From: Acaryochloris marina S15 | Lineage (GTDB): Bacteria; Cyanobacteriota; Cyanobacteriia; Thermosynechococcales; Thermosynechococcaceae | Assembly: GCF_018336915.1 (NCBI RefSeq) | Contig: NZ_CP064923.1 | Coordinates: forward strand, 3,270,001-3,302,000 | Reading direction: 5' to 3' | DNA: 32,000 nt | Shown here: in pieces, positions 1 through 8,411 of the stretch | Position numbering within the stretch: position 1 is the first letter of the stretch | How the letters are laid out: every line of letters begins with the position of its first letter | The notes under the pieces: generated by a model | What the model was told of the DNA's origin: nothing | The model's input: the letters and a program-made list of their open reading frames with translations, nothing else | Database searches by the model: none | Translations under genes and position numbers: made by a program

Positions 1-322
1 AATGAAGCACACTGGCTATATGCACAACTACATGCGCATGTACTGGGGCAAAAAAATCATCGAATGGACCGCCACTCCAGAGCTAGCCTTCCAAACGGCC
101 TTAGACCTCAATAATAAGTACTTTATTGATGGCCGAGACGCTAATTCCTACACGGGTGTGGCCTGGGTGTTTGGGGTTCATGACCGGGGCTGGCGGGAAC
201 GTCCTATCTTTGGCACCGTTCGCTATATGGCGGCTAGCGGCCTTAAACGCAAATGCGATATTGATGGCTATATTAAAAAGGTCAATCAGCGGGTTAAATC
301 CCTCAATCCCACCCTGAAATAA
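1..322 (+). CDS. phr: Class II CPD photolyase, C-terminal fragment (gene begins upstream of window)
   Basis: The reading frame is open to the window edge. The block [13 protein letters not shown]...DGRD.NSY.G.AW..GVHDRGW.ER...G..RYM matches C-termini of class II deoxyribodipyrimidine photolyases. Confidence 0.75.
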   Translation, partial: MKHTGYMHNYMRMYWGKKIIEWTATPELAFQTALDLNNKYFIDGRDANSYTGVAWVFGVHDRGWRERPIFGTVRYMAASGLKRKCDIDGYIKKVNQRVKSLNPTLK

Positions 323-429
323 CCGATGTAACGGCCTAGGAATCGGCGTAAAATTAGGACTCAAGATTGCCACTAGGGTTGGAGGGCCGTCTTCTGCTAA
401 CGTATCCAATAGTGTATCGCTAACGCATT

Positions 430-1413
430 ATGGCTGAAGTACTGTTATTTAACGCCCTCCGTGACGCCATCGACGAAGAAATGGCAAAAGACAACACCGT
501 CATGGTCATGGGAGAAGACGTGGGACATTACGGTGGCTCCTACAAAGTCACAAAAGGCTTGTATGACAAGTACGGCGAGCTGCGCGTCCTCGATACACCG
601 ATCGCGGAAAATAGCTTTACTGGCATGGCTGTTGGCGCTGCCATAACTGGCCTAAAGCCGATCATTGAAGGGATGAACATGGGCTTTCTGCTCTTGGCCT
701 TCAACCAAATTGCCAATAATGCGGGCATGCTGCGCTATACCTCTGGGGGTAACTTCAAAATTCCCATGGTGATTCGTGGCCCCGGTGGTGTAGGTCGACA
801 ACTGGGTGCAGAACATTCCCAGCGACTAGAGGCTTATTTCCAAGCCGTACCCGGTCTCAAAATTGTGGCTTGTTCTACTCCCTACAATGCCAAAGGCTTA
901 CTCAAAGCAGCCATCCGTGACCCTAACCCCGTTCTCTTCTTTGAGCATGTGCTGCTCTATAACCTCAAGGAAGAATTACCCGATCAAGAGTACGTCTTAC
1001 CCCTAGACAAAGCCGAAGTGGTTCGTGCAGGTAAGGATGTAACGATCCTCACCTACTCGCGAATGCGTCACCATGTCGTCCAGGCCGCGAAAACCCTGAC
1101 GGAGCAAGGCTACGATCCTGAGATTATTGATTTAATTTCCCTCAAGCCCCTCGACTTCGATACCATCGGGGCTTCCATTCGCAAAACCCATCGGGTGATT
1201 GTCGTCGAAGAATGTATGCGAACCGGTGGGGTCGGTGCTGAAATCATCGCCTCTATTAATGATCGATTCTTTGATGAGCTGGATGCCCCGGTAGTGCGGC
1301 TCTCCTCTCAAGATATTCCAACGCCGTATAACGGCATGTTAGAAAGCCTGACGATTGTGCAGCCGCCTCAAATTGTCGAGGCTGTTCAGCAGATTACTGC
1401 ACTTCAGGTCTAA
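430..1413 (+). CDS. pdhB: Pyruvate dehydrogenase E1 component, beta subunit
   Basis: 327-aa ORF. It has [18 protein letters not shown]...[18 protein letters not shown] and C-terminal transketolase-like blocks typical of 2-oxoacid dehydrogenase E1-beta. Confidence 0.9.
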   Translation: MAEVLLFNALRDAIDEEMAKDNTVMVMGEDVGHYGGSYKVTKGLYDKYGELRVLDTPIAENSFTGMAVGAAITGLKPIIEGMNMGFLLLAFNQIANNAGMLRYTSGGNFKIPMVIRGPGGVGRQLGAEHSQRLEAYFQAVPGLKIVACSTPYNAKGLLKAAIRDPNPVLFFEHVLLYNLKEELPDQEYVLPLDKAEVVRAGKDVTILTYSRMRHHVVQAAKTLTEQGYDPEIIDLISLKPLDFDTIGASIRKTHRVIVVEECMRTGGVGAEIIASINDRFFDELDAPVVRLSSQDIPTPYNGMLESLTIVQPPQIVEAVQQITALQV

Positions 1414-1452
1414 TTTTATTTTCACTTTTCCGTTTGGAGCAATGTAACACCG

Positions 1453-2880
1453 GTGCTTAAACAACAACGCTTTCTACTGGCTCTCATTGCCCTATTAGTG
1501 GTGGGGGCATTAATTGTCGTCACCCCGTTTGGCAAGCAGTATGGCCTGGGCAAAATTAATCTGGGTTTAGACCTGAGAGGTGGATCTCAGTTAACCCTGC
1601 AGGTCAACCCGACGGAGGAAGTGACAGACATTACCCCCAACGTGATGGAAGCGGTACAAACCGTGGTGGCCAATCGCCTTAACCCTGAAGGTGTATCGGA
1701 AATCGTGGTTCAGACTGTGGGTAACCAGCAAATTCTTGTTCAGCTCCCTGGGGTTAGCGACCCAAAAGATGCAGAGCAACTACTCAGCCAGGTTGCCCAG
1801 CTTGATTTTCGGCGTCCCAATAATGCTATCTTGGCTCAGGTCAATGTCCGTAGCAGTGAGCTGCAGCGGTTATTGCAGAAGCTACCCGAAGCAGAAAAAG
1901 CAGGCGATGCCGCAGCTCTCGCGAAGATCCAAGGAGAAGTTCAGGAGAAGCAGAAACAGCTCACTGAGCTACAAGATCAGTTCTTCGTAAAAACGGACTT
2001 AACCGGGGAAGACCTCAACGACGCGAGTTATGCCATTTCCCAATCCCAACCGAATAAATGGGATGTCACCCTCCGGTTTGATGTAGATGGCGGCAAAAAA
2101 TTTGCTGCTTTAACCAAGAGTTTGGCGGGCACCGGACAGCCTCTTGGGATTTTCTTGGATGGGAAGTCTGTTAGCCAAGCCACTGTCAGTGAGAGATTTA
2201 AGGCCAATGGCATTACCGGAGGAGCTGCCATTATTACTGGCAACTTTGAGCTAGAAGATGCCAAGCTGCTGGCCAACCAGCTTAAAGGCGGATCACTCCC
2301 TGTCCCCGTCAAAGTAGAAGAGATTCGGACCGTTGGTGCCACCCTGGGCCAAGACAGTATTCGTCGGAGTGTCTTGGCTGGGATTGGCGGACTGATTCTA
2401 GTGCTGATCTTTATGGGGGTGTGGTACCGTCTGCCCGGCTTGATTGCAGACGTGGCCCTTTGTGTTTATGGCCTCTTGACCTTTGCCTGCTATGTTTTGT
2501 TTGGCGTCACCCTCACTTTGCCAGGGATTGCAGGTTTTATCCTGAGTATCGGCATGGCAGTGGATGCCAATATCCTCATTTTTGAACGCACTCGGGAAGA
2601 ATTGCGGTCTGGGAAGACCCTCTATCGCTCCATCGAATCAGGATTTTATCGCGCCTTCACTAGTATTCTCGATAGCAATGTCACCACCCTCATCGCCTGT
2701 GGTGTGCTGTATTGGTTGGGGTCGGGCCTAGTGAGAGGATTTGCCGTTACTCTGGGTATTGGCGTTGCCGTCAGTATGTTTACGGCCATTACCTGCAGCC
2801 GCACCCTAATGTTCACGGCCATTAGCATCCCCAGTCTACGAAAAGTTGAACTATTTGATTCTAAGAAGGCGGTCTCATGA
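1453..2880 (+). CDS. secD: Protein translocase subunit SecD
   Basis: 475-aa ORF with a GTG start. It has an N-terminal TM helix, a large periplasmic loop, and a C-terminal multi-TM block containing [19 protein letters not shown]. The stop overlaps the next start (ATGA at 2877-2880). Confidence 0.9.
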   Translation: MLKQQRFLLALIALLVVGALIVVTPFGKQYGLGKINLGLDLRGGSQLTLQVNPTEEVTDITPNVMEAVQTVVANRLNPEGVSEIVVQTVGNQQILVQLPGVSDPKDAEQLLSQVAQLDFRRPNNAILAQVNVRSSELQRLLQKLPEAEKAGDAAALAKIQGEVQEKQKQLTELQDQFFVKTDLTGEDLNDASYAISQSQPNKWDVTLRFDVDGGKKFAALTKSLAGTGQPLGIFLDGKSVSQATVSERFKANGITGGAAIITGNFELEDAKLLANQLKGGSLPVPVKVEEIRTVGATLGQDSIRRSVLAGIGGLILVLIFMGVWYRLPGLIADVALCVYGLLTFACYVLFGVTLTLPGIAGFILSIGMAVDANILIFERTREELRSGKTLYRSIESGFYRAFTSILDSNVTTLIACGVLYWLGSGLVRGFAVTLGIGVAVSMFTAITCSRTLMFTAISIPSLRKVELFDSKKAVS

Positions 2881-3839
2881 AGTTGAATCTGAATCAGCAA
2901 CGGGGGCTTTGGTGGACAATTTCCGGTGCTTTGATCTTAGCGGGCATTATTTCCATGGCCCTGTCTTGGAATCAATATCAGGCTCCCCTAAAGCCCGGCC
3001 TCGATTTTACGGGCGGCACTCGTTTACAGCTAGAGCGAGACTGCAGCCAACCGGACAACTGCAAAACACCTATCCAGATTACAGATATTCGCCAGATCTT
3101 AGATGAACAAAAGCTGGCTGAAAGCAGTGTTCAGGTGATTGGCCAAGATGCTCAAGGGGTGGCGATTCGCACCAAGGATTTAAACCAGGAAGAACGAACG
3201 AAACTCACGGAAGCTTTAACCACCAAGCTGGGCCAGCTAGATGTCGAGAAATCGCAAATTGATACGGTCGGCCCAACCCTAGGAAAACAATTGCTGGCAT
3301 CGGGACTATTAGCGCTGCTGGTGTCTTTTGCAGCCATCATCGTTTATGTCAGTGTCCGCTTCCAGTTTGACTATGCCCTGTTTGCCATTGTGGCTTTGTT
3401 CCACGATGTCCTGATTACCATGGGCTTTTTCTCTATTCTGGGGTTGACCCGTGGGGTAGAGGTTAACAGCCTATTTATTGTTGGATTGTTGACCATTATT
3501 GGTTTCTCAGTGAACGATACGGTGGTCATTTACGACCGCGTTAGAGAAAATCTCAAATATGGTGCCAAGCGCTCGATCAGCGAAACTGTAGATATCGCCG
3601 TCAACCAAACCTTAGGACGATCCATCAACACCTCTCTAACCACGGGGTTGCCCTTAATCGGCATCTACATCTTTGGTGGAGAAACCTTAAAAGACTTTGC
3701 CCTAACGCTAATCATCGGATTTGCAGCAGGGGCTTATTCCAGTATTTTTATCGCCAGCACCTTGTTGGCCTGGTGGCGTCAACGCAAGGAGCGAGGCAGC
3801 TACATGACAGCGACCGATTCCAGCCCAGAAGAAATTTAG
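2877..3839 (+). CDS. secF: Protein translocase subunit SecF
   Basis: 320-aa ORF translationally coupled to secD. It has a [17 protein letters not shown] motif and a 6-TM architecture. Confidence 0.9.
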   Translation: MKLNLNQQRGLWWTISGALILAGIISMALSWNQYQAPLKPGLDFTGGTRLQLERDCSQPDNCKTPIQITDIRQILDEQKLAESSVQVIGQDAQGVAIRTKDLNQEERTKLTEALTTKLGQLDVEKSQIDTVGPTLGKQLLASGLLALLVSFAAIIVYVSVRFQFDYALFAIVALFHDVLITMGFFSILGLTRGVEVNSLFIVGLLTIIGFSVNDTVVIYDRVRENLKYGAKRSISETVDIAVNQTLGRSINTSLTTGLPLIGIYIFGGETLKDFALTLIIGFAAGAYSSIFIASTLLAWWRQRKERGSYMTATDSSPEEI

Positions 3840-3843
3840 CCCT

Positions 3844-4311
3844 ATGAGTCAACCCCCTGGACATTCATCAGCAGACGGTGCTGTTCCAGAGCGGAACTCA
3901 GATCCTCAGATTCAGGCTGAAATACAGCGGTTATTCCAACTGACCCTCTATACCCGCTGGCTAGTCGTAGGAGGATTATGGTTGACGGTGGGTAGCCTCA
4001 GCCTGTGGAGTTTGCGACAGTCCATTCAACTATGGTTCGAATACTTTACTTGGGCTGCAGTCCGCTATGCCTTTGCCTTTAATCGGTTTGCGGCTATTGG
4101 AGTCGGAATCTGCCTAGGAACCACTTTTGCGGTCTTGCTGTGGCAGAGTCGAGTCATCCTCTGGGGCATCCCTGCGCCTGAGTATCAGCGACTCAGCCAA
4201 CAGGTGATGCGGATTCGAGTCCAAGGCAGCACCCATCCCCTATGGAATTGGGTTTGCGGCAAAAAGGATATGGGCCACACTATGGGGCAAGGGCAAAATA
4301 ATCAACACTAG
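3844..4311 (+). CDS. Hypothetical membrane protein
   Basis: 155-aa ORF directly after secF with 3 hydrophobic segments. Its 3' end overlaps the convergent M50 protease gene by about 70 nt. I recognise no motif. Confidence 0.45.
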   Translation: MSQPPGHSSADGAVPERNSDPQIQAEIQRLFQLTLYTRWLVVGGLWLTVGSLSLWSLRQSIQLWFEYFTWAAVRYAFAFNRFAAIGVGICLGTTFAVLLWQSRVILWGIPAPEYQRLSQQVMRIRVQGSTHPLWNWVCGKKDMGHTMGQGQNNQH

Positions 4312-5772
4312 AATGCCCAGGGAAATCAGCCCGAGCAGGTCCCGCTTGTTGTCCAGCTCACTGACATCATTCAGGGCGGGCTGATCCACTGTGGGCATAA
4401 ACAACAAAATAATGGCCCATATCAGCAACGGGGGCTGAATAAAGGCGAGAAACAATACCAGCAGTCGAGCGATCTGGCCGATGATTGCCCCGTTCCGCTG
4501 GCCAAACATGGCGTGGACGATATGGCCGCCATCGAGTTGACCAATGGGCATGAGGTTTAGGGCGGTGGCGATGATACCGATCCAACCTGCGATCGCAACT
4601 GGATGCAAATCAATCCCCTTATCTAAGGTCAGGGCACTTCCCATGGCCAACCTGCTGAACAAGGACAGCAACACCGAAGAGGTAGGATTCATGGCATCAA
4701 AGGGTAAGCCTTCAATCTTATCGGGGATGGTCACCACCGCCGAGTGCATCAAACCCCAAAATAAAACCGGAATCGTCACCAGGAGACCCGCTAAGGGCCC
4801 CGCAATCCCCACATCAAACAGCGCCTTGCGATTGGGTACGGGAGATCGTTGCTGAATAAAGGCCCCCAAGGTACCGATGGGGAAAAAGCTAATCGGCACA
4901 GGAATAAAGTAGGGCAGGGTCGCTTTGATCCGGTATCGACGGGCGGCGAAGTAATGGCCAAACTCGTGAATCCCCAAGATGGCCATCAAAGCCAAAGCAT
5001 AGGGTAGCCCCTGAAGGATCAATTGAGGCTGGTCCCTGAGCAGTTGGCGTGTTAGGTCAGGAACACTAAAATTCAATCCAGCCAAAGTGGTTGTCAATAG
5101 AGTGGAGAGAAACAGACCCAAGGCTAAGCCAGGACGACTGATAGGGCCACGCCGCTTCTCTTTTTCTTGATTTTGGGGATTGGGAACCAGAATAAAAAAG
5201 GGCTTATTCATCGCCCCGTCTTGGAAAACTACAAGAAACCGATCTCCAAACTGGGTTTTGATATTTTCTTGAATGGTTTGATAGGCTTTTTCAGGTTGCG
5301 ATCGCAACTGGCCCCGGCAGATCACCACCTGGGGGCGATAGTCCACATTTTGCAAGTAAAAAATGGACCAGGGAAAGCAATTTTGGAGTTGACTCTCTTC
5401 GCCTTTGGTTAATAGATTAGCTGCCGCAATGGGCTTGGGAGACTCCTCTTCCTTCGTGGGAGCAGCATCAGATGGCTGGCTATTGTCAGCTTCGGCATTC
5501 TTGGCGTCTGAGGCTTGAGGGGCAGGCTTGCGTTTATTGGGACGCGCCAAATACAAATACGTAATTAGGGAAAAAACGGTACTGGGAATCCACAGTCGAG
5601 GCGGGGGTTTAACATCCGCCCCATGGACAGCAGCCCAACCGCCCGCCACTAAGGCTGGAATCATCAACACTAGCCACAGCAGCCATGTAGGGGTGTTTGT
5701 GGTCCGAGAAACACTGTGATGAACGATAAAATACAGGACCAGTCCAAAGATAGAGAGGGAAATCCAAATCAT
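4240..5772 (-). CDS. Site-2 protease family (M50) membrane metalloprotease
   Basis: 510-aa polytopic ORF. It has HEFGHY (HExxH) in a TM segment and a downstream NLMPIGQLDGGH motif (NxxPxxxLDG), as in the M50/S2P family. Confidence 0.85.
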   Translation of the reverse strand: MIWISLSIFGLVLYFIVHHSVSRTTNTPTWLLWLVLMIPALVAGGWAAVHGADVKPPPRLWIPSTVFSLITYLYLARPNKRKPAPQASDAKNAEADNSQPSDAAPTKEEESPKPIAAANLLTKGEESQLQNCFPWSIFYLQNVDYRPQVVICRGQLRSQPEKAYQTIQENIKTQFGDRFLVVFQDGAMNKPFFILVPNPQNQEKEKRRGPISRPGLALGLFLSTLLTTTLAGLNFSVPDLTRQLLRDQPQLILQGLPYALALMAILGIHEFGHYFAARRYRIKATLPYFIPVPISFFPIGTLGAFIQQRSPVPNRKALFDVGIAGPLAGLLVTIPVLFWGLMHSAVVTIPDKIEGLPFDAMNPTSSVLLSLFSRLAMGSALTLDKGIDLHPVAIAGWIGIIATALNLMPIGQLDGGHIVHAMFGQRNGAIIGQIARLLVLFLAFIQPPLLIWAIILLFMPTVDQPALNDVSELDNKRDLLGLISLGILVLIILPLPHSVAHILFAANPIP

Positions 5773-5814
5773 GCAAAAAGGTTATTCTCGGGGACAAAGG
5801 CGAAGGGACTTACT

Positions 5815-6474
5815 GTGAGTAAAGAACCACGACAGGTTTTAGAGTCAGTTTTCGCGTTTCCTCCCAATCGTGAGACGCTGGGGGGCACCGCTTATCTCAT
5901 TGTAGAAAATGACGGCAATATTCTTGTGGATTGCCCACCCTGGACTGATCATACAAAATTATTTCTGAGAGAGCAGGGGGGAGTAGATTGGTTCATATTT
6001 ACCCATCGCCAAGGCATTAGCCAACATGTCCGTCAAATCCAAGAAACGTTTACCTGTCAGCTGGTCATCCAAGAGCAGGAAGCTTACTTACTCCCTAATT
6101 TGAAGGTCACAACCTTTAGCGATCGAGAAGAAATCACACCTCACTGTCTGCTCATTTGGACACCAGGATTCTCTCCGGGGTCCTCCTGTCTTTATTATCA
6201 GGCTTGGGGCGGAGTTTTGTTCACAGGCCGTCATATATTGCCCAATCAACACGGACAACCCGTGCCCCTAAGAACGGCGAAGACCTTTCACTGGCCTCGA
6301 CAGATAGCCAGCGTCCAATGCCTCCTTGATCAATTTACCCAAGATACGTTGCAATTTATCTGCCCAGGTGCCAATACTGGCTTTTTGCGGGGACAAGGCA
6401 GGATTCAAGGCGCCTATGAGGCCCTTAACCAATTAGATATGGAAGGACTCCGTTATGTTGAGGCTGGCCTTTAG
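5815..6474 (+). CDS. MBL-fold-like hydrolase family protein (weak call)
   Basis: The ORF is open from 5716, but that start overlaps the divergent protease gene. An in-frame GTG at 5815 avoids the overlap. The ILVDCPPW...FIFTHRQG layout resembles a metallo-beta-lactamase fold, but no canonical HxHxDH is present. Confidence 0.5.
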   Translation: MSKEPRQVLESVFAFPPNRETLGGTAYLIVENDGNILVDCPPWTDHTKLFLREQGGVDWFIFTHRQGISQHVRQIQETFTCQLVIQEQEAYLLPNLKVTTFSDREEITPHCLLIWTPGFSPGSSCLYYQAWGGVLFTGRHILPNQHGQPVPLRTAKTFHWPRQIASVQCLLDQFTQDTLQFICPGANTGFLRGQGRIQGAYEALNQLDMEGLRYVEAGL

Positions 6475-6680
6475 TTTGGGGGTGACATGGAAATGGCTGC
6501 GTTGAACACGCTGGGGGCCGGAATAACTGCACGATCTAAACATAGAAAGACGATGGCATGACGCTCAAACAAATATTCGCTGTAGTCAACGAGGTCATCA
6601 ATACCGACCAGGTTGAGCACTAGTTCAGCCAGTAGCCATAAGGACAAACTTACGAGTAGTTGATGCCAACGAACGGTCAT
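6471..6680 (-). CDS. Small hypothetical membrane protein
   Basis: 69-aa ORF with one clear hydrophobic helix. There is no other support. Confidence 0.3.
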   Translation of the reverse strand: MTVRWHQLLVSLSLWLLAELVLNLVGIDDLVDYSEYLFERHAIVFLCLDRAVIPAPSVFNAAISMSPPN

Positions 6681-6915
6681 AACAGGTCCTCCTCCAGTGC
6701 TGCCCTTAGCCTACGGTGAGGGCCTAGGGCTTGTATTCAGGAGGAACACCGAATTCTATGTGCTTGAGGGATGGGTTATACCTGCAGTCATTTATCTGCA
6801 GAGTAAGTCAGGGTCAGCATTTGTACGGATAGCACCTGGGGCCTGCCACACCTCTAATGAATCTTGTAGGCTAAATCTATGGAGAACTACGGATTTTCTC
6901 CGCAGGAAGGGGCTT

Positions 6916-7386
6916 ATGGCTGATGAAAATCTAGAGCAAATCCAGGCTTTCCTGGCGTTATCCGATCAGGTTGGAACGGCAGGCCAACCCACAGCTGCTC
7001 AATTTAAGGACATCCAAGCAGCGGGATATCAAACCATTGTTAATTTGGCACTGGTCAGTTCGACAGATACGATTCCGGAAGAAGGAGAGATTGTTTCTCA
7101 GCTAGGGATGGAGTATGTCCACATTCCGGTGGATTGGGAAGTACCCACGTTGGATGATTTAATCCGTTTCTTTGAAGTTATGGATCAGCGCTCCCCTACC
7201 CAGGTATTTGTGCACTGCGCTAAAAATATGCGGGTCTCGGCGTTTATGTATCTGTATCGAGTTCTGCGACAACGGATGGCACCTGAGGATGCACAACAGG
7301 CATTACTGCAAATCTGGCAGCCCATTCCCCATTGGCAAGCATTTATGGATCGTGCGATCGCAGAAGTGAATCCTGCTTCAGATTAA
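6916..7386 (+). CDS. DUF442/dual-specificity-phosphatase-like protein
   Basis: The ORF is open from 6697, but the ATG at 6916 is preceded by AGGAAGGGG. VHCAKNMRVSAF resembles a Cys-based phosphatase P-loop. The stop codon at 7384-7386 directly abuts the tRNA-Gly fragment. Confidence 0.55.
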   Translation: MADENLEQIQAFLALSDQVGTAGQPTAAQFKDIQAAGYQTIVNLALVSSTDTIPEEGEIVSQLGMEYVHIPVDWEVPTLDDLIRFFEVMDQRSPTQVFVHCAKNMRVSAFMYLYRVLRQRMAPEDAQQALLQIWQPIPHWQAFMDRAIAEVNPASD

Positions 7387-7420
7387 TTCAGTGGTAGAAC
7401 GTCAGCTTCCCAAGCTGAAT
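7387..7420 (+). pseudogene. tRNA-Gly(CCC) fragment (D-arm to anticodon arm) carrying the CAST homing protospacer
   Basis: 34/34 identity to positions 11-44 of the intact tRNA at 21696-21767. The 5' acceptor strand is absent. The T-arm region (7421-7446) is only about 60 percent similar. Confidence 0.85.
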
Positions 7421-7461
7421 ACATAGGCAACGTCTCAGTTCACTTCTTGACAAAATCTATA

Positions 7462-7586
7462 TGTACATTAAAGAATTAAATGCACAGTTTTAAAGAATTA
7501 GTGCACAAGTTCACGGTTTTTCGTTATTTCAAAAATTAGCGGACAAATAAAATTTAAAACCTCCAGTTTTAAAGAATTAATGCACA
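7462..7586. repeat. CRISPR-proximal transposon end with three TnsB-site-like repeats
   Basis: The motif TTAAAGAATTA(N)1-2TGCACA occurs at 7462-7487 (terminal, begins TGTACA), 7488-7507 and 7567-7586. Confidence 0.75.
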
Positions 7587-7617
7587 AAAATCTTACATAA
7601 CCTAAAGATTTTTGCAA

Positions 7618-7634
7618 TTGGGAAGCTGACGTTC
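7618..7634 (-). CRISPR. 17-nt tRNA-Gly homing spacer following the terminal array repeat
   Basis: On the minus strand the sequence reads ...GGGGTTGAAAG|GAACGTCAGCTTCCCAA. These 17 nt are identical to 7397-7413 and to 21716-21732 (tRNA-Gly). Identity ends at nt 18. Confidence 0.85.
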
Positions 7635-7887
7635 CTTTCAACCCCTACTAACCCTCAAAAGTCATTGCAACGAGCAAGAAAGCTGTCTGCCTATATTCTG
7701 GCTGGACTTTCAACCCCTACTAACCCTCAAAAGTCATTGCAACGCAGGGGGATTACTGTCTCCACTAATTTTAGAAGTCTTTCAACCCCTACTAACCCTC
7801 AAAAGTCATTGCAACATGACTTATCAATTTATATCTGGCGTTGCTGTTGACTTTCAACCCCTACTAACCCTCAAAAGTCATTGCAAC
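7635..7887 (-). CRISPR. CRISPR array, 4 identical 37-nt repeats and 3 spacers of 35 nt (type V-K style)
   Basis: Repeats lie at 7635-7671, 7707-7743, 7779-7815 and 7851-7887. The minus-strand repeat is GTTGCAATGACTTTTGAGGGTTAGTAGGGGTTGAAAG. The GGTTGAAAG 3' end is the hallmark of Cas12k repeats. Confidence 0.95.
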
Positions 7888-8047
7888 CCACCTCCTAATT
7901 AGCCTAGTCCTGGTAAGACTTTGAGCGATTAAATCGCGGATCACAATCACATTGCGTAATATTGGCAAAGAAACATCCAAAAAGATAAGAGATGAATCAC
8001 CAAAAGCTTTACTCATAGAGGGTTCTGAGAAATGCGCCAATCAATCA

Positions 8048-8335
8048 AAAAAAATTAGAATTTGATTTGGCCCACTGATTCTGGGGTTCCCCCTTGCTCG
8101 GGGGCAATTTAGTAGCTGCCACGACAGGTATTCCTGTATTCTCAAACTAGACACAGTAGTCTAGTCTAAAAATATTGCTTTGGCTCAAGTTGCGAATTCT
8201 CCACCAGCGCTGGACAGAGCAAGTCTGAACAACAGCGGACAACTACTTGCATGTGAACACAAACATTTGTGAAACACATGGGACTGGAAAGTAGTGAAAC
8301 TGGACCTTCATTTATCACAGATACATTGATGCACC
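8048..8335 (-). ncRNA. Putative tracrRNA (boundaries approximate)
   Basis: The region lies between cas12k and the array. Minus strand 8122-8083 reads GTGGCAGCTACTAAATTGCCCCCGAGCAAGGGGGAACCCC. CTACTAA and AACCCC are complementary to TTAGTAG and GGGGTT in the repeat 3' part. Hairpins lie at 8089-8104, 8124-8137 and 8144-8168. A T8 run (plus-strand A8 at about 8048-8055) follows. Confidence 0.6.
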
Positions 8336-8411
8336 TGCGCGCGATAGTTTTTATTTTACTCCTGTCGCTAATACCTTCTCAGGCTGTTCATCAAACTTCA
8401 GACCCTGAAGG

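Noticed and set aside
6697-6915. N-terminal 73-codon extension of the phosphatase-like ORF
   Set aside because: It has an alternative start codon and odd composition. A good ATG with an AGGAAGGGG ribosome-binding site lies at 6916, where the conserved domain begins.
7665-7850. 61-aa plus-strand ORF with the internally repeated peptide STPTNPQKSLQ
   Set aside because: It is simply the translation of the CRISPR repeats. The periodicity equals the repeat-spacer unit.
7888-8047. Possible CRISPR leader promoter (TTGCCA ... TGTGAT on the minus strand)
   Set aside because: The -10 match is weak, and I cannot distinguish it from chance in AT-rich sequence without transcript data.
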